From Malacoraja senta (taxonomy: Eukaryota): 64,000 nt of DNA. Under the pieces are notes generated by a model. The model was not told the origin of the DNA and ran no database searches. It worked only from the letters and a program-made list of their open reading frames with translations. The translations under genes and the position numbers were made by a program. Where the stretch lies: assembly GCA_038087875.1 (NCBI GenBank), contig CM075995.1:6636001-6700000 (forward strand), read 5' to 3'. Numbering within the stretch: the first letter of the stretch is position 1; each line of letters starts with the position of its first letter. Below, in pieces: positions 12,330-25,188 of the stretch.

Positions 12330-12746
12330 TAGACAATGGACAATAGACAATAGACAATAGGTGCAGGACTAGGCCATTCGGCCCTTCGAGCCAGCACCGC
12401 CATTCAATGTGATCATGGCTGATCATCCCCAATCAGTACCCCGTTCCTGCATTCTCCCCATAATCCCCTGACTCCGCTATTTTTAAGAGCCCTATCTAGC
12501 TCTCTCTTAAAAGCATCCAGAGAACCGGCCTCCACACCCTCTGAGGCAGAAAATTCCACAGACTCACCACTCTCTGTGAGAAAAAGTGTTTCCTCGTCTC
12601 CGTTCTAAATGGCTTACTCCTTATTCTTAAACTGTGGCCCCTGGTTCTGGACTTCCCCAACATCGGGAACATATTTCCTGCCTCTAGCGTGTCCAAACCC
12701 TTAACAATCTTATATGTTTCAATGAGATCCTCTCATCCTTCTAAAC
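12330..12746 (-). mobile_element. CR1 LINE 3' fragment inserted in a Rex-like tail
   Basis: ORF 12496-12696; (agacaat)n tail; the host resumes at ttctgctggctggttagcacg. Confidence 0.88.
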
Positions 12747-12889
12747 TTCTGCTGGCTGGTTAGCACGCAACAAAAGCTTTTCGCTGTACCTCGGTACACG
12801 TGACAATAAAGAAAACTAGAAAGGAAACTGAGACAGAGATGCCAATTTTTACAACCTGCTCTCGACACACAATTTTCCAAAGGCTTTCC

Positions 12890-13282
12890 AAAGTTGGAAA
12901 GGCTACAGAGAGGATGTACGAGGATGATGCCAGGACTCGAGGGATGATGCCAGGACTCGAGGGCCTGAGCTATAGAGAGAGGTTCAGCAGGCTGGGGCTT
13001 GTTTCCTTGGAGCACAGGAGGATGTGGTGTGATCCTATAGAGGTGAACAAAATCGTGAGGGGAATAGATCGGAATACAGGCACAGAGTCTCTTGCCCAGA
13101 GTATGGGAATCGAGAACCAGAGGACATAAGTTTTATTGTGAAGGGGCAAAGATTTAACAGGAATCTGAGGTGTAACATTTTCACACAAAGGGTTGCAGGT
13201 GAATGGACCAAGCTACCGGAGGAGGTAGTTGAGGCAGGAACTATCGCAACGTTTAAAAAACAATTAGATGGGTACATGGATA
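12890..13282 (+). mobile_element. CR1/HER1-type fragment
   Basis: MPGLEGLSYRERFSRLGL... with an internal 20-bp tandem duplication at 12923-12962. Confidence 0.8.
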
Positions 13283-13304
13283 GAATTGTTTTAGAGAGCA
13301 TAGG

Positions 13305-14540
13305 CCGTCACTGCCTTCTGAGCCAGAGAATTCCACAGATTTACAACTCTCTGAGTGAAAAAGTGTTTCCTCATCTGCGTTCTAAATGGCTTACCCCTTA
13401 TTCTTAAACTGTGGCCCCTGGTTCTGCACTCCCCCAACATTAGGAACATGTTTCCTGCCTCTAGCGTGTCCAAACCCTTATTAATCTTATATGTTTTAAG
13501 AAGATATCCTCTCATCCTTCTAAATTACAGTGTATACAAGCCTAGTCGCTCCATTCTTTCAACATATGACAGTCCAGCCATCCCGGGAATTAACCTTGTG
13601 AACCTACGCTGCACTCCCTCAATAGCAAGAATGAAATTCTCAAATTTGGAGACCAAAACTGCACGCAATACCCCAGGTGTGGTCTCACTAGGGCCCTTTA
13701 CAACTGCAGAAGGACCTCTTTGCCCCTATACTTAACTCCTCTTGTTATGAAGGCCAACATGCCATTTGCTTTCTTCACTGCCTGTTGTACCTGCATGCTT
13801 ACTTTCAGTGACTGATGTACAAGGACACTCAGGTCTCATTGTACTTCCCCTTTTCCCAACTTGACACCATTCAGATAATAATCTGCCTTCCTGTTCTTGC
13901 CACCAAAGTGGATAACCTCACATTTATCCACAATAAACTGCATCTGCCATGCATCTGTCCACTCACCCAACCTGTCCAAGTTACCCTGCATCCTCATAGC
14001 ATCCTCTTCACAGTTCACACTACCACCCAGCTTTGTGTCTTTTGGTAATGTTACTTTTACTCCCTTCATCTAAATCATTAATGTATTTTGTAAATAGCTG
14101 CGGTCCCAGCACCGAGCCTTGCGATACCCCACTAGTCACTGCTGCCATTCTGAAAGGGACCCGTTAATCCCTACTCTTTGTTTCCTGTCTGCCAACCAAT
14201 TTTCTATCCATGTCAGCACTCTACCCCCAATACCATGTGCCTTAATTTTGCCCACTAATCACCAATGTGGGACCTTATCAAAGGCTTTCTGAAAGTCCAA
14301 GTACACTACATCCACTGGCGCTCCCTTGTCCATTTTCCTAGTTACATCCTCAAAAAAATCCAGAAGATTAGTCAAGCATGGTTTCCCCCTCGTAAATCTA
14401 TGTTGACTCGGACCAATCCTGTTACCGAATGTGCTGCTATTTCATCTTTTACAATTGACTCCAGCATCTTCTCCACCACCGATGTCAGGCTAACTGGTCT
14501 ATAATTCCCTGTTTTCTCTCTCCCTCCTTTCTTAAAAAGT
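13305..14540 (-). mobile_element. CR1 LINE internal fragment (RT to C-terminus), degenerate, no tail
   Basis: Reverse complement of the same CR1 ORF2 from NYRPVSLTS to NLWNSL. Confidence 0.9.
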
Positions 14541-14744
14541 GAGATAACATTAGCTACCCTGATGTTACAGTATCTTTATTCGTAAACTAGAATCTGCAGT
14601 TCCTTGTGTTCACATTGTTACCCATATGAACTTACAGTCTTTGCCCCTAGTGCACAATGAGGCACAGCTGTAGAATTACTGCCTTGCAGCACCAGAGACC
14701 TGCGTTCCATCCTGACTGCGGCGGCTGTTCATACAGAGATGGTA

Positions 14745-15058
14745 CAATAGACAATAGGTGCAGGAGTAGGCCATTCGGCCCTTCGAGCCAGCACCGCCAT
14801 TCAATGTGATCATGGCTGATCATCCACAATCAGTACCCCGTTCCTGCCTTCTCCCCATATCCCCTGACCGCTATTTTTAAGAGCCCTATTTAGCTCTCTC
14901 TTTAAAGTATCCAGAGAACCTGCCTCCACCGCCCTCTGAGGCAGAGAATTCCACAGACTCACAACTCTCTGTGAGAAAAAGTGTTTTCTCGTCTCCGTTC
15001 TAAATGGCTTTCCCCTTATTCTTAAGCTGTGGCCCCTGGTTCTGGACTCCCCCAACAT
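14745..15058 (-). mobile_element. CR1 3' fragment inserted in a V-SINE (14660-15202)
   Basis: ORF 14810-15151 carries the CR1 C-terminus; SINE head and tail flank it. Confidence 0.85.
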
Positions 15059-15579
15059 CCAACTTTTCTTCGGTAAAAATTGTACATTTTCCTCTGTGTG
15101 TGTGTGCGTGTAGCATATTGTTGGTGTACGGGAAAGATCGCTGGTAGGCACAGACTCAGTGGACCGAAGGGCCTGTTTCCGCGCTGTATCTCTAAACTAA
15201 ACAGTGGCCTTAAAGGTTAATAATGTTTACAAAATAACTACAAATTCATCTTTGGTCCAAAATCTGAGGAAAAGTGGACACAAGTGTAGATAGAGTACAG
15301 TGTTTATATTAAATAATCAATATATGATTATCCTCTAGCCATTTGCACTATTAGAGTCACGTGGGAACCCCATGTTCAGACATTATTATTATGGCAAGGC
15401 TCCGCTACAACGGCATTGTTACTGCCCTCAGCATTAATATTACATAAATGGTTAGGAACTGTAATTACTGATCACAGGCCAGCATTACTTAATGGGACAT
15501 CTCAAAGGGAACAAACACTATGTCCACAGACGGTGCTGGAAGCCACTGTGCCAAGAGTATCACAAGTCACAGAACTAAG

Positions 15580-17370
15580 CACGGCACAGTGGCGCAGCGG
15601 TAGAGTTGCTGTCATTCAGCACTTGCAGCGCCGGAGACCCGGGTTCGATCCCGACTACGGGTGCTGTCTGTACGGAGTTTGTACGTTCTCCCCGTCACCT
15701 GCGTGGGTTTCCTCCGAGATCTTTGGTTTCCTCCCACACTCCAAAGACGTGCAGGTTTGTAGGTCGATTGGCTTGGTATGTGTAGGATAGTGCTAATGTA
15801 CTATCGTACAAACATGCCTACAAACATATCCTACAAATCCTGCAAACATGTACTGTCCCTGCCTGCTTCAAAGTCTCCACTATTGTCCCTGTACCCAAAA
15901 AGCCAAGGATTACTTGTCCTAATGACTACAGGCCTGTCGCACTGACCTCTGTAGTCATGAAGACACTCGAAAGGCTTGTGTTGGCCAAGCTGAAAAATAT
16001 CACAAACTCCCTGCTGGACCCTCTGCAGTTTGCATATCGGGCCAATAGATCTGTGGATGATGCAGTCAACCTGGGCCTGCACTTCATCCTACAGCACCTA
16101 GACCGCCAGGGGACCTATGCAAGGATCCTGTTTGTTGATTTTAGCTCTGCATTCAACATCATTGTGCCAGAGCTACTACACTCCAAACTTTCCGAGTTGA
16201 CTGTGCCTGAACCCCTCTGTCAGTGGATCACCAACTTCCTGACAGACAGGAAGCAGCATGTGAGGCTGGGAAAGCACATCTCAAACCCGCAAACGCTCAG
16301 CATAGGAGCACCGCAAGGCTGTGTACTCTCTCCTCTACTCTACTCTCTCTACACTAACGACTGCACCTCCACAGACACCTCTGTCAAGCTTCTCAAGTTT
16401 GCGGATCACACAACCCTGATTGGACTGATCCAGGATGGGGAGGAATCTGCCTACAGACAGGAAGTGACACAGCTGGCGTCCTGGTGCCGTGGCAAAAACC
16501 TAGAGCTCAATGCTCTTAAGACAGTGGAATTGATTGTAGACTTTAGGAGAGCTCCCCCTCCCCTCACCTCACTTACCATCAACAACACCACAGTCACATC
16601 TGTGGAGTCTTTTAAGTTCCTGGGAACCATCATCTCCAAGGACCTTAAGTGGGGGGCTACCATCGACTCCACGGTCAAAAAGGCACAACAGAGGATGTAC
16701 TTCCTACGGCAACTGAGGAAGCACAATCTGCCACAGGCAATGATGGTCCAATTCAACACGGCCATCGTAGAGTCTGTTCTCACCTTCTCCGTCATGGTCT
16801 GGTTTGGCTCAGCCACCAAGCACGACACCTGGAGGCTGCAGCGAATCGTCCGATCAGCAGAGAAGATTATTGGCTGCAACCTTCCCTCCATTGATGAACT
16901 GTACACTGCAAGGGCCAGGAAGCGAGCGGGCAAGATCATCTCTGACCCCTCTCACCCTGGCCACAAACTCTTTGAATCACTTCCCTCTGGAAGGCGACTC
17001 CGGACTGTCAAAGCTGCCACAGCCAGACATAAAAACAGTTTTTATCCACGAGTAGTTGCTCTACTCAACAGCCAAAAATCTGTAGCCTCCCTTTGATCTG
17101 GTATTTTGTTGGTTCACATGCTTGATCAATGGTGTTTTATCATTAATGTCTTATTATTATTAATGTTTAGTGTTTTCTGAGTCATTCGTAACTGTCACTG
17201 TATGTCATGTTGTTACTTGTGGGCGGAGCACCAAGGCAAATTCCTTGTATGTGAATACTTGGCCAATAAACTTACTTACTTACTTATGTGCAAGGATCGC
17301 TGGTCAGTGCAGACTCGGTGGGCTGAAGGGCCTGTTTCCATGCTGTATCTCTAAATTAAATTAAACTAAA
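15580..17370 (+). mobile_element. HE1-like V-SINE split by the Rex/Babar LINE
   Basis: Head and body 15580-15800, tail 17285-17370. Confidence 0.85.
15801..17284 (+). mobile_element. Rex1/Babar-clade non-LTR retrotransposon, 5'-truncated, uninterrupted RT reading frame 15840-17096
   Basis: [73 protein letters not shown] plus (CTTA)n tail; inserted in the V-SINE at 15580-17370. Confidence 0.92.
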
Positions 17371-17374
17371 CCAG

Positions 17375-17830
17375 CCTCCTGATTATGAGATGTGTACAAA
17401 ATCATGCGAGGAATAGATCGGGTAGATGCACAGAGTTCATAAGTCATAGGAGCAAAATTAGGCCATTCGGCCCATCAAGTCTACTCCGCCATTCAATCAT
17501 GGTTGATCTATCTTTCCCTCTCAACCATATTTTCCTGCCTTCTCCCCATAATCCCTGACATTCATACTAATCAAGTTTTTTGCCCAGAGTAGGGGAATTG
17601 AGGACCAGAGGACACAGGTTGAAGGTGAGGGGGGAAAGATTTCATAGGAACTGAGGGGTGACTTTTTCACACAACGGAGGTGGGTGTATGGAACAATCTG
17701 CCAGAGGAGGTGGTTAAGGCAGGGATTATCCCAACATTTAAGAAACAGTTAGACAGGTACATGGATAGGAGAGGTTTGGAGGGATATGGACCAAATGTGG
17801 GCAGGTGGGACTAGCGTAGCTGGGACATTC
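17375..17830 (+). mobile_element. CR1/HER1-type fragment with a nested minus-strand CR1 tail (17437-17574)
   Basis: Recurrent HER1-like 3' sequence interrupted at gcacagagt...ttttgcccagagt. Confidence 0.75.
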
Positions 17831-18489
17831 CACACTGCATCACTCTGTGACTCCAAGACTATAATATCCTCGTAAATCTTCTCTGCACCCTTTCCAGCTT
17901 GAAAATGCACCTTAAATCTACTTGCTCTAGTTGTTAATCCCTTTACCCTGTATCTGTACACTGTGGACGGCTCAATTGTAATCATGTATAGTCTTTCCGC
18001 TGACTGGATAGCACGCAACAAAAGCTTTTTACTGTACCTCGGTTATAGGTGACAATAAACTAAACTAAAATAAAAAGGACGTGTGAATGAAATGCCTGAT
18101 GCATTAGTCGCTGCAGAAAGCCCGAGTGTATTGAGAAAGAGCACGGAGTCATCCAGCTCCAGTATTACAAGCAACAAACCTATGCTGGTGGAACTCAGCG
18201 GCTCAAGCACCATTTGTCCAGGAGAAGGAATTGCCAACACTTCAGGTTAAAACCGTGCTTCAGGACTAAATGGCCAGCAAGGTAGCCCGTATAAAGAAGA
18301 GAGGGGAGTGGTGAAACAGGGGCCAGTGGTGGATGCGAAGGGATGAAGGATGATGAGGGCAGATGGAATTAGGTTCGGGTGGATTTGTGAGACAGAGGCA
18401 GGTGGTTAATGGATGGACACAAAAGTGAGTAGTTTTGCAGATAGTGAAGATGGTTCTCAAAAATTGTAGCGGGATCTTGATCGGTTGCG

Positions 18490-18682
18490 CCTATAAGATA
18501 TTGCATATCTTTCATTCATTTGTTCCATATCTCTCTCTATATCACTGTCTATATCTCTTGTTTCCCTCTCCCCTGACTCTCAGTCTGAAGAACGGTCTCG
18601 ACCCGAAACGTCACCTATTCCTTTTCTCCAGAGATGCTGCCTGACCCGCTGAGTTAACTCCAGCTTTTTGTGTCTATCTTTG
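18490..18682 (+). mobile_element. Penelope-like 3' region with hammerhead core
   Basis: ccctgactctcagtCTGAAGAacggtctcgacccGAAACGTCacc at 18585-18615. Confidence 0.75.
18585..18615 (+). ncRNA. Minimal type I hammerhead-ribozyme-like motif (representative plus-strand copy)
   Basis: CUGAAGA, stem II (GGUC/GACC), GAAA, loopless C-G stem III, GUC triplet. Activity untested. Confidence 0.55.
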
Positions 18683-19231
18683 GTGAAATGAGTAGATGGG
18701 TAGAACTGAGGGGGTGAGGGGTGGCGATGGGGAGGTAAAAACTGTAATATTCTGTCAGATGCAGATGACTCAGATTCTGGATAATTCTTTTTTTAAAAGG
18801 CTTAATATTCACAAGTTGGAAATCCTTTTTTGGCATTTGCTATTGGTCTGCTGTTTTCCATCCATTTTGGACAACGGAGTTCATTTGTGGCGACAACACA
18901 ATGAGCTAAATGTTTGCAACGGAGAGGAAGAATGTCTTAGTAGAACGGAGATGAGTAAGCATCAGCTAGGGAGAAAATCTCAGATGACAGAACCATAAAT
19001 GAGCTCATTCACTAAGAGTGGTGACGTATTTCAAATGGAGAAACTTGAGATTACAACAGTTTATGTGCATAGATTGAAGACTCGCATGTCTATTTCACTG
19101 ACGTAGCTTCCTAAATTGGCTCCTGTATGCTGCCAAAATATAGACCCAGATATTTATTCATCCTGGACTTAATACGCTCTTGGCTGACTTCCCATTTTCT
19201 TGAGTTTGTTTAAAACTCTGCTCCCTATGTC

Positions 19232-19363
19232 TTGTGTAGGAAGGGACAGAAGATGCCGGTTTACACCGAAGATAGACACAAAACGCTGGAGTAACTCAGC
19301 GGGTCAGGCAGCATCTCTGGAGAAAAGGAATAGGTGACGTTTCGGGTTGAGACCCTTCTTCAG
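19232..19363 (-). mobile_element. Penelope-like terminal unit with hammerhead core on the host-gene sense strand
   Basis: Reverse complement of 19333-19363 is CTGAAGAAGGGTCTCAACCCGAAACGTCACC. Confidence 0.75.
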
Positions 19364-20041
19364 GCCGAAGGGCCTGTTTCCCTTCTGTATACTCCCATAT
19401 TCCAATTCTGGCCCTAAAACCTTGCTCATTTGGACACGTCTCCTATTACGAAGGTGCCTAAAACCCACCTCCTTGACCAGACCTCAGTCACCTATCTATC
19501 CTCTTGCTCACGATTAATCTTCAGTTTTGTTCAGTCACTTGTAGAACATAATTGGGTTCAAAATGCCAAGGAGAGTTTCATAGTAGCTGAATTATCAAAG
19601 GCAGAACCCAAATAGCTTTATGGTTAAATTTTAATCGATTTTTCACTTGTTCCTCTAAAATGTTATGATAATGTCCCCCTTAAATGCCCTGGGCATTCCA
19701 TTATGTACAAAGAACTGCAAGCATGCAGATTGATATCGTGGTAAAATAATTTTGAATGCACATCAATGTAAAACTAGCAAAATAACTAATCCTAACCTGA
19801 AGGTAATGTGCAACAAATCATAGAATCACACAGCATGGAAACAGGCCCGTTGGCCTAGCTGACCAACACCTAGCGTCCACATTAATCCCATTTGCCTACG
19901 TTCTCCCCCACCACCCCCCAAACTGACCTATCCATGTACCTGTCTAAAAGTCCCATCCTCAACTACCTCCACTGGCAGCTCACCACCCTCTGTGTGAAAT
20001 ATAAAGAAATGCAAAATCCCAAGCTAGAAATGTACAAGATA

Positions 20042-20714
20042 GGGCGGCACAGTGAAGCAGGTGGAGTTGCTGCCTCACAGTGCCAGAGACCCGGGTTCAA
20101 TTCTGACCACGGGTGCTGTCTGTACGGAGTTTGAATGTTCTCCCCGTGGCCAGGGGTTATGGGGAGAAGGCAAGAGAATGGGGTTGCGAGGGAAAGATAA
20201 ACAAGCCATGATTGAAGGAATGGAGGAGTAGACTTGATGGGCCGAATGGCCTAATGCTGCTCCGATAACTTACGATCATGTGGGTTTTATCCGGGTGCTC
20301 CGGTTTCCTCCCACATTCCAAAAACGTGCAGGTTTGTAGATTATTTGGCTTCTGTAAATTATCCCCAGTGTGTGGGATAGAACTAGTCGCAGAAAGCTAT
20401 GGAGGCCAAGTCAATGAATATTTTTTAGGTGGGGATTGATAGATTCTTAATTGTACGGGTGTGAGAGGTTATGGGGAGAAGGCAGGAGAATAAGATTGAG
20501 CGGGAAATATAGATCAGCCATGATTAGACTTGATGGGCTGAATGGCGTAATTCTGCTTCTATAACTTATGACGTTATGACACAAGGTGTTATGCGGAGTG
20601 TTTTTAAAAGCGATTATTGCATGAATCAATGCACAACATAGTACGGGTGATCGCAGAACGGCGTGGACTGTGGGCCGAAGGGCCTGTTTCCACGCTGTAC
20701 CTCTAAACTAAACT
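20042..20714 (+). mobile_element. HE1-like V-SINE interrupted by two CR1 tail fragments
   Basis: Head at 20042; CR1 tails at about 20150-20280 and 20390-20575; SINE tail ends at 20714. Confidence 0.75.
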
Positions 20715-21467
20715 GGTATGAAACCAGATTAGAAAGTCGTCAGAGAATCTGCTAGGTGTTCCAGTCACATATAGAGGTAAAACAATTTTGTTAATGGAAG
20801 AACGAAAACCATCATCGCTAAAAATTAATCATGGGAGACACAGTTATTAACACCGAGCTCTCATCTGGCACACCGAGTATATCATAACCCGCCAGAGTTC
20901 ACAATTTAGCGTGATTCATTCCAGCTACATCTTTTACTCTGCATTGTCAATGTCCGATGTTAAATTGGAATCTTAAATCTGCTCTTGACAAAATTAACAT
21001 GAACCTAACTAGGCAATCATAAATGGATTGGATGTTGAAAAGGATTAGAGCTAGTTATCATTTTATTGCAGAGATGTGTCTAACAGAGAGGAACCCTTGT
21101 TAAACATCACATGTGCGTTTAATGGAACATAATATGTGAATGGATTTTTAAAAACTAATCTTCGGTTCCGTTCATTGACTGGTAAAACATAATTGAGTCC
21201 AAGGTGTCAAACCTGGTTCCATAGCTGCTGAATTAGCAAACGCAGAATCCAAGTTGTTTTATAAAAGGTGTTTAAATTTAGATTGGAAGCTACTTTTAAG
21301 TTGACCGTCAGAGCACGATTCTGCAAAAATGATTACAATTTAATCCACTCTGTGCAAAGATAAAACAGGAAAAATGTCTCATTAACAAGCAAAACTGAAA
21401 TTGGGAGAGGATGGAACAAGAAATATTCAACTAATTAAAAGAGAGTGAAATAGCTAGAGAGGACCAT

Positions 21468-22052
21468 TTAGAGTCATAGAGTAATACAGCATGGAAACAG
21501 GCCCTTAGGCCCAACTTGCCCACGCCGACCAACATGTCCCATCTACACCAATCCTACCTGCCTGTGTTTGGCCCATATCCCTCTTAACCTACTGTATCTA
21601 TACACCTATCTAAATGTTTCTTAAACGTTGCAATAGTAAAAGCCTCAACTACCTCTTCTGGCAGCTTGTTCCATACACCCACTACTCTTTGTGTGAAAAA
21701 GTTACCCCTCAGATTCCTATTAAATCTTTTCCCCATGAACCTATCTGGTCCTTGATTCCCCTACTCTGGGCAAGAGATTCTGTGCATCTACCCAATCTAT
21801 TCCTTTCATGATTTTGTATACCTCTATAAGATCACCCCCTCATCCTCCTGCGCTCCAAGGAATAGAGACCCAGCTTGCTCAACCTCTCCCTATAGCTCAG
21901 ACCCTCCTAGCAACATCCTCGTGAATTTTCTCTAAACCCTTTCAAGCTTAACAATATCTTTCCTATAACATGGTGCCCAGAAATGAACACAATACTCTAA
22001 ATGCGGTCTCACCAACGCCTTATACAACTGCAACCTCCCAACTTCTACACTC
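21468..22052 (-). mobile_element. CR1/HER1-type LINE 3' fragment
   Basis: Reverse complement of the [12 protein letters not shown] region through the HER1-like tail. Confidence 0.85.
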
Positions 22053-22093
22053 AAGTATAGTATAGTTTAGTTTAGTTTATTATCATGTGTTAA

Positions 22094-22232
22094 AGGGCCT
22101 GCCCACTTACGCGACCTTTACAGGCGACTGCCGGCACCCGTGATAGGTCGCCGAAATTTTCAACATGTTGAAAATTCAGCAGCGACCAGAAAGATGCTAC
22201 GACTCTCTGGAGACCTCTCACGACCATACAGG
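22094..22232. mobile_element. Truncated MITE of the AGGGCCTGTCCCAC family
   Basis: taa|agggcctgcccactt start; internal similarity to 53062-53275. Confidence 0.6.
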
Positions 22233-22239
22233 CTGTATG

Positions 22240-22680
22240 GAGCTTGTTGGTAGGATGGTTCAGTTGCCTGATAGCAGCTGGGAAGAAGCTATCTCTTAAT
22301 CTGGAGGTGTGTGTTTTCACACTTCTGTACCTTTTGCCTGATGGAGAGGGGAGAAGAGTGACCAAAGTGAGACTAATCCATGATTATACTGCTGGCCTTG
22401 CTGAGGCAGCGTGAGGTGCATATAGAGTAAATGGAAAGGAGAAGGGTCTGAAGAAACGTCACCTATTCCTTCGCTCCATAGATGCTGCCCCACCCGCTGA
22501 GTTTCTTCAGCATTTTTGTCTACCTTCGATTTTTCCAGCATCTGCAGTTCTTTCTTAAACAAATGGAAAGGAGGTTGGTTTGCGTGATGGTCTGGGCTGC
22601 GTCCACAATTCCCTGCAATTTCTTGCGGTCTTGGATGGAGCCGTTCCCAAACCATGCTGTGATGCATCCCGATAACATCT
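22240..22680 (-). mobile_element. Rex/Babar-like 3' fragment with a nested Penelope unit (22442-22560, 13-bp TSD)
   Basis: PSPSGKRYRSVKTHTSRLRDSFFP in ORF 22090-22365; aaatggaaaggag at 22429-22441 and 22561-22573. Confidence 0.8.
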
Positions 22681-22895
22681 ACTGAAAGTGCTGTCTCATG
22701 GCGGCAGCGAATGTCATCAAAGACCTCCACCACCCTGGCCTCACTCTCATCTCGCTGCTACCATCGGGAAGAAGGTACGGGTAACTGAGAAGCATTACCT
22801 CCAGCTTCACCCCACCAACGATCAGGCTCTTGAACCACCCTGCTCAACAGTAACCCTGATAAACCTATCTCAGCACTGAACTGCTGTGAGCATTG

Positions 22896-23166
22896 TGTGG
22901 TGGGAGGAAATGCAGATGCTGGTTTAAACCAAAGACATCAAAAGCTGGAGTAACTCAGCGAGTCAGGCAGCATCTCTGGAGAAATGGAACGGGTGACGTT
23001 TGGGGTCGAGACCGAAGCGGAAGAGCCCGAAGAAGATCGAAGGCGGTCTGAAGAAGGGTCTCAACCCGAAACGTCACCTACTCCTTTTCGCCTGACCCTC
23101 TGAGTTACTCCAGCATTTTGTGTCTATCTTCGGTGTAAACCAACATCTGCAGTTCCTTCCTACACA
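22896..23166. mobile_element. Fold-back Penelope terminal unit with hammerhead core (23048-23078)
   Basis: Inverted arms of about 115 bp; ggtCTGAAGAagggtctcaacccGAAACGTCacc with a GGU/ACC stem I. Confidence 0.8.
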
Positions 23167-23253
23167 TTACGTGCAGCATGTCATACGTGGAAATACCTAT
23201 CAATATTTACCTTTCTAAAAATTATATGATCTGACTCAAAGGTTTGCCAGCGC

Positions 23254-23672
23254 TGTTCACCTGGAGTTTAGAAGGATGAGAGGATATCTCATTGAAACAT
23301 ATAAGATTGTTAAGGGCTTGGACACGCTAGGGGCAGGAAACATGTTCCCGATGTTGGGGGAGTCCAGAACCAGCGGCCACAGTTTAAGAATAAGGAGTAA
23401 GCCATTTAGAACGGAGGCGAGGAAACACTTTTTCTCACAGAGAGTGGTGAGTCTGTGGAATTCTCTGCCTCAGAGGGCGGTGGAGGCAGGTTCTCTGGAT
23501 GCTTTCAAGCGAGAGCTAGATAGGGCTCTTAAAAATAGCGGAGTCAGGGGCTATGGGGAGAAGGTAGGAACCGGATACTGATTGGTGATGATCAGCCCTG
23601 ATCACATTGAATGGCGGTGCTGGCTCGAAGGGCCGAATGGCCTACTCCTGCACCTACCGTCTATTGTCTATT
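23254..23672 (+). mobile_element. CR1 LINE 3' fragment
   Basis: ORF 23276-23581 encodes the CR1 C-terminus; attgtct tail. Confidence 0.9.
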
Positions 23673-25188
23673 GAGTTCAGAAGCCTCAAAGCAGAGACTG
23701 AAGACGCTGACGTTCAAGAGAAACCAGCAGACGTCTCCCTGGCTGGAAAGTGAGATGTTAGAAAGTAGCAACACCCAAATCAAATCAAAATGCAAATCGC
23801 TATCAATAAGACTGCTGCGTATAGACATCCCGAAGATGTGCAGGTTTGCAAGTCAATTGGCCCCTGTTTAGGTTTAGTTTAGTGTCACGTGTACCGAGGT
23901 ACAGTGAAAAGCTTTTGTTGCGTGCCAACCAGTCAGCGGAAAGTCAAGACATGATTACAGCTCTTTGTGTCCTACTACTAACATTGTGTAGGTTGTACTG
24001 TGTACTTTGGATTGCACTGTTATGGTCTGGTTATCTAGCATAATTAATAATTGATTGCATTATTGTGTGGAACATAGAACATTACAACACAGCACAGAAA
24101 TAGCCCTTTGGCTAACAATGTCCATGCCGAACATGATGTCAAGTTAATCTCCCCTGGCTGCACATGACACACATCCCGCTATCCCCTGTGCATCCATGTA
24201 CCACTCTCAAAGCCCCTTAAACACCACTAGTGTATCTCCTCCACCTCTGCCCCTGGATGTCGGTTCCTGGCACCCAGAACGCTGGGCAAAAAAAACTTGG
24301 CCCGCACATATCCTTTAAACAATGCTCCTCTCACCTTAAAGCTACAAATAACTTACTTTCACTTCTTTGAAATAATGTTCACGTTCCCAAGTCATTGGGG
24401 CAGATTTAAGCCATTCGGCCCATGGAGTCCCCTGAGCCATTCAATCATGGTTGATCTATCCTTCCGTCTCAACCCCATTCTCCTGCCTTCTCCCCATAAC
24501 CCCTGACACCCAGACTAATCAAGAATCTATCTATCTCTGCCTTAACAATACCCAAAGACGTGGTCACCACTGCTGTCTGTGGCAATGCATGCTGCAGTTT
24601 TATTTTAGCTTACATTTTTGTCACATGCACTGAGGTACGGTGAAAAGCTCTTTTGCTGCGTGCTAACCAGTCAGCGGAAAGACTAGACATGATTACAATC
24701 GAGCCATCCACAGTGTACAGATACATGATAAAGGGAATAACGTTCAGTGCAAGATAAAGTCCAGTAAAATCCGATTAAAGACAGTCCAAGGGTCACCAAT
24801 GAGGTAGATGTTAATCATTGGAAGGTTCAGTTGCCTGATAACAGCCGGAAACAGCTTCACAACCTAAGAAATTCCTCCTCAACTCCTTTCTAAAGATACG
24901 TCCTTTTATTCTGAGCTTACATCCACTTAAGATAGCGGTGGACATTCCACCTGAGTTACTGCAGACAAGAAATGCTGTGTTGCTTATGCAAAAATGAACT
25001 TTACAGTTCCATTCCTGACACATATGAGATTAACACTCTTGACTGTTCAGCACAAGCCTTTACAGGCAATTATTAAGGCGGGACTAGTTATTGAGTCGTG
25101 AATGTCTAGGCCACAGTCAGAGAATATTGAAGCACAATGCTCAAGAGGGGCATTGTTTTATGGGTGCCGCATTCAATAAGGGGAATAA

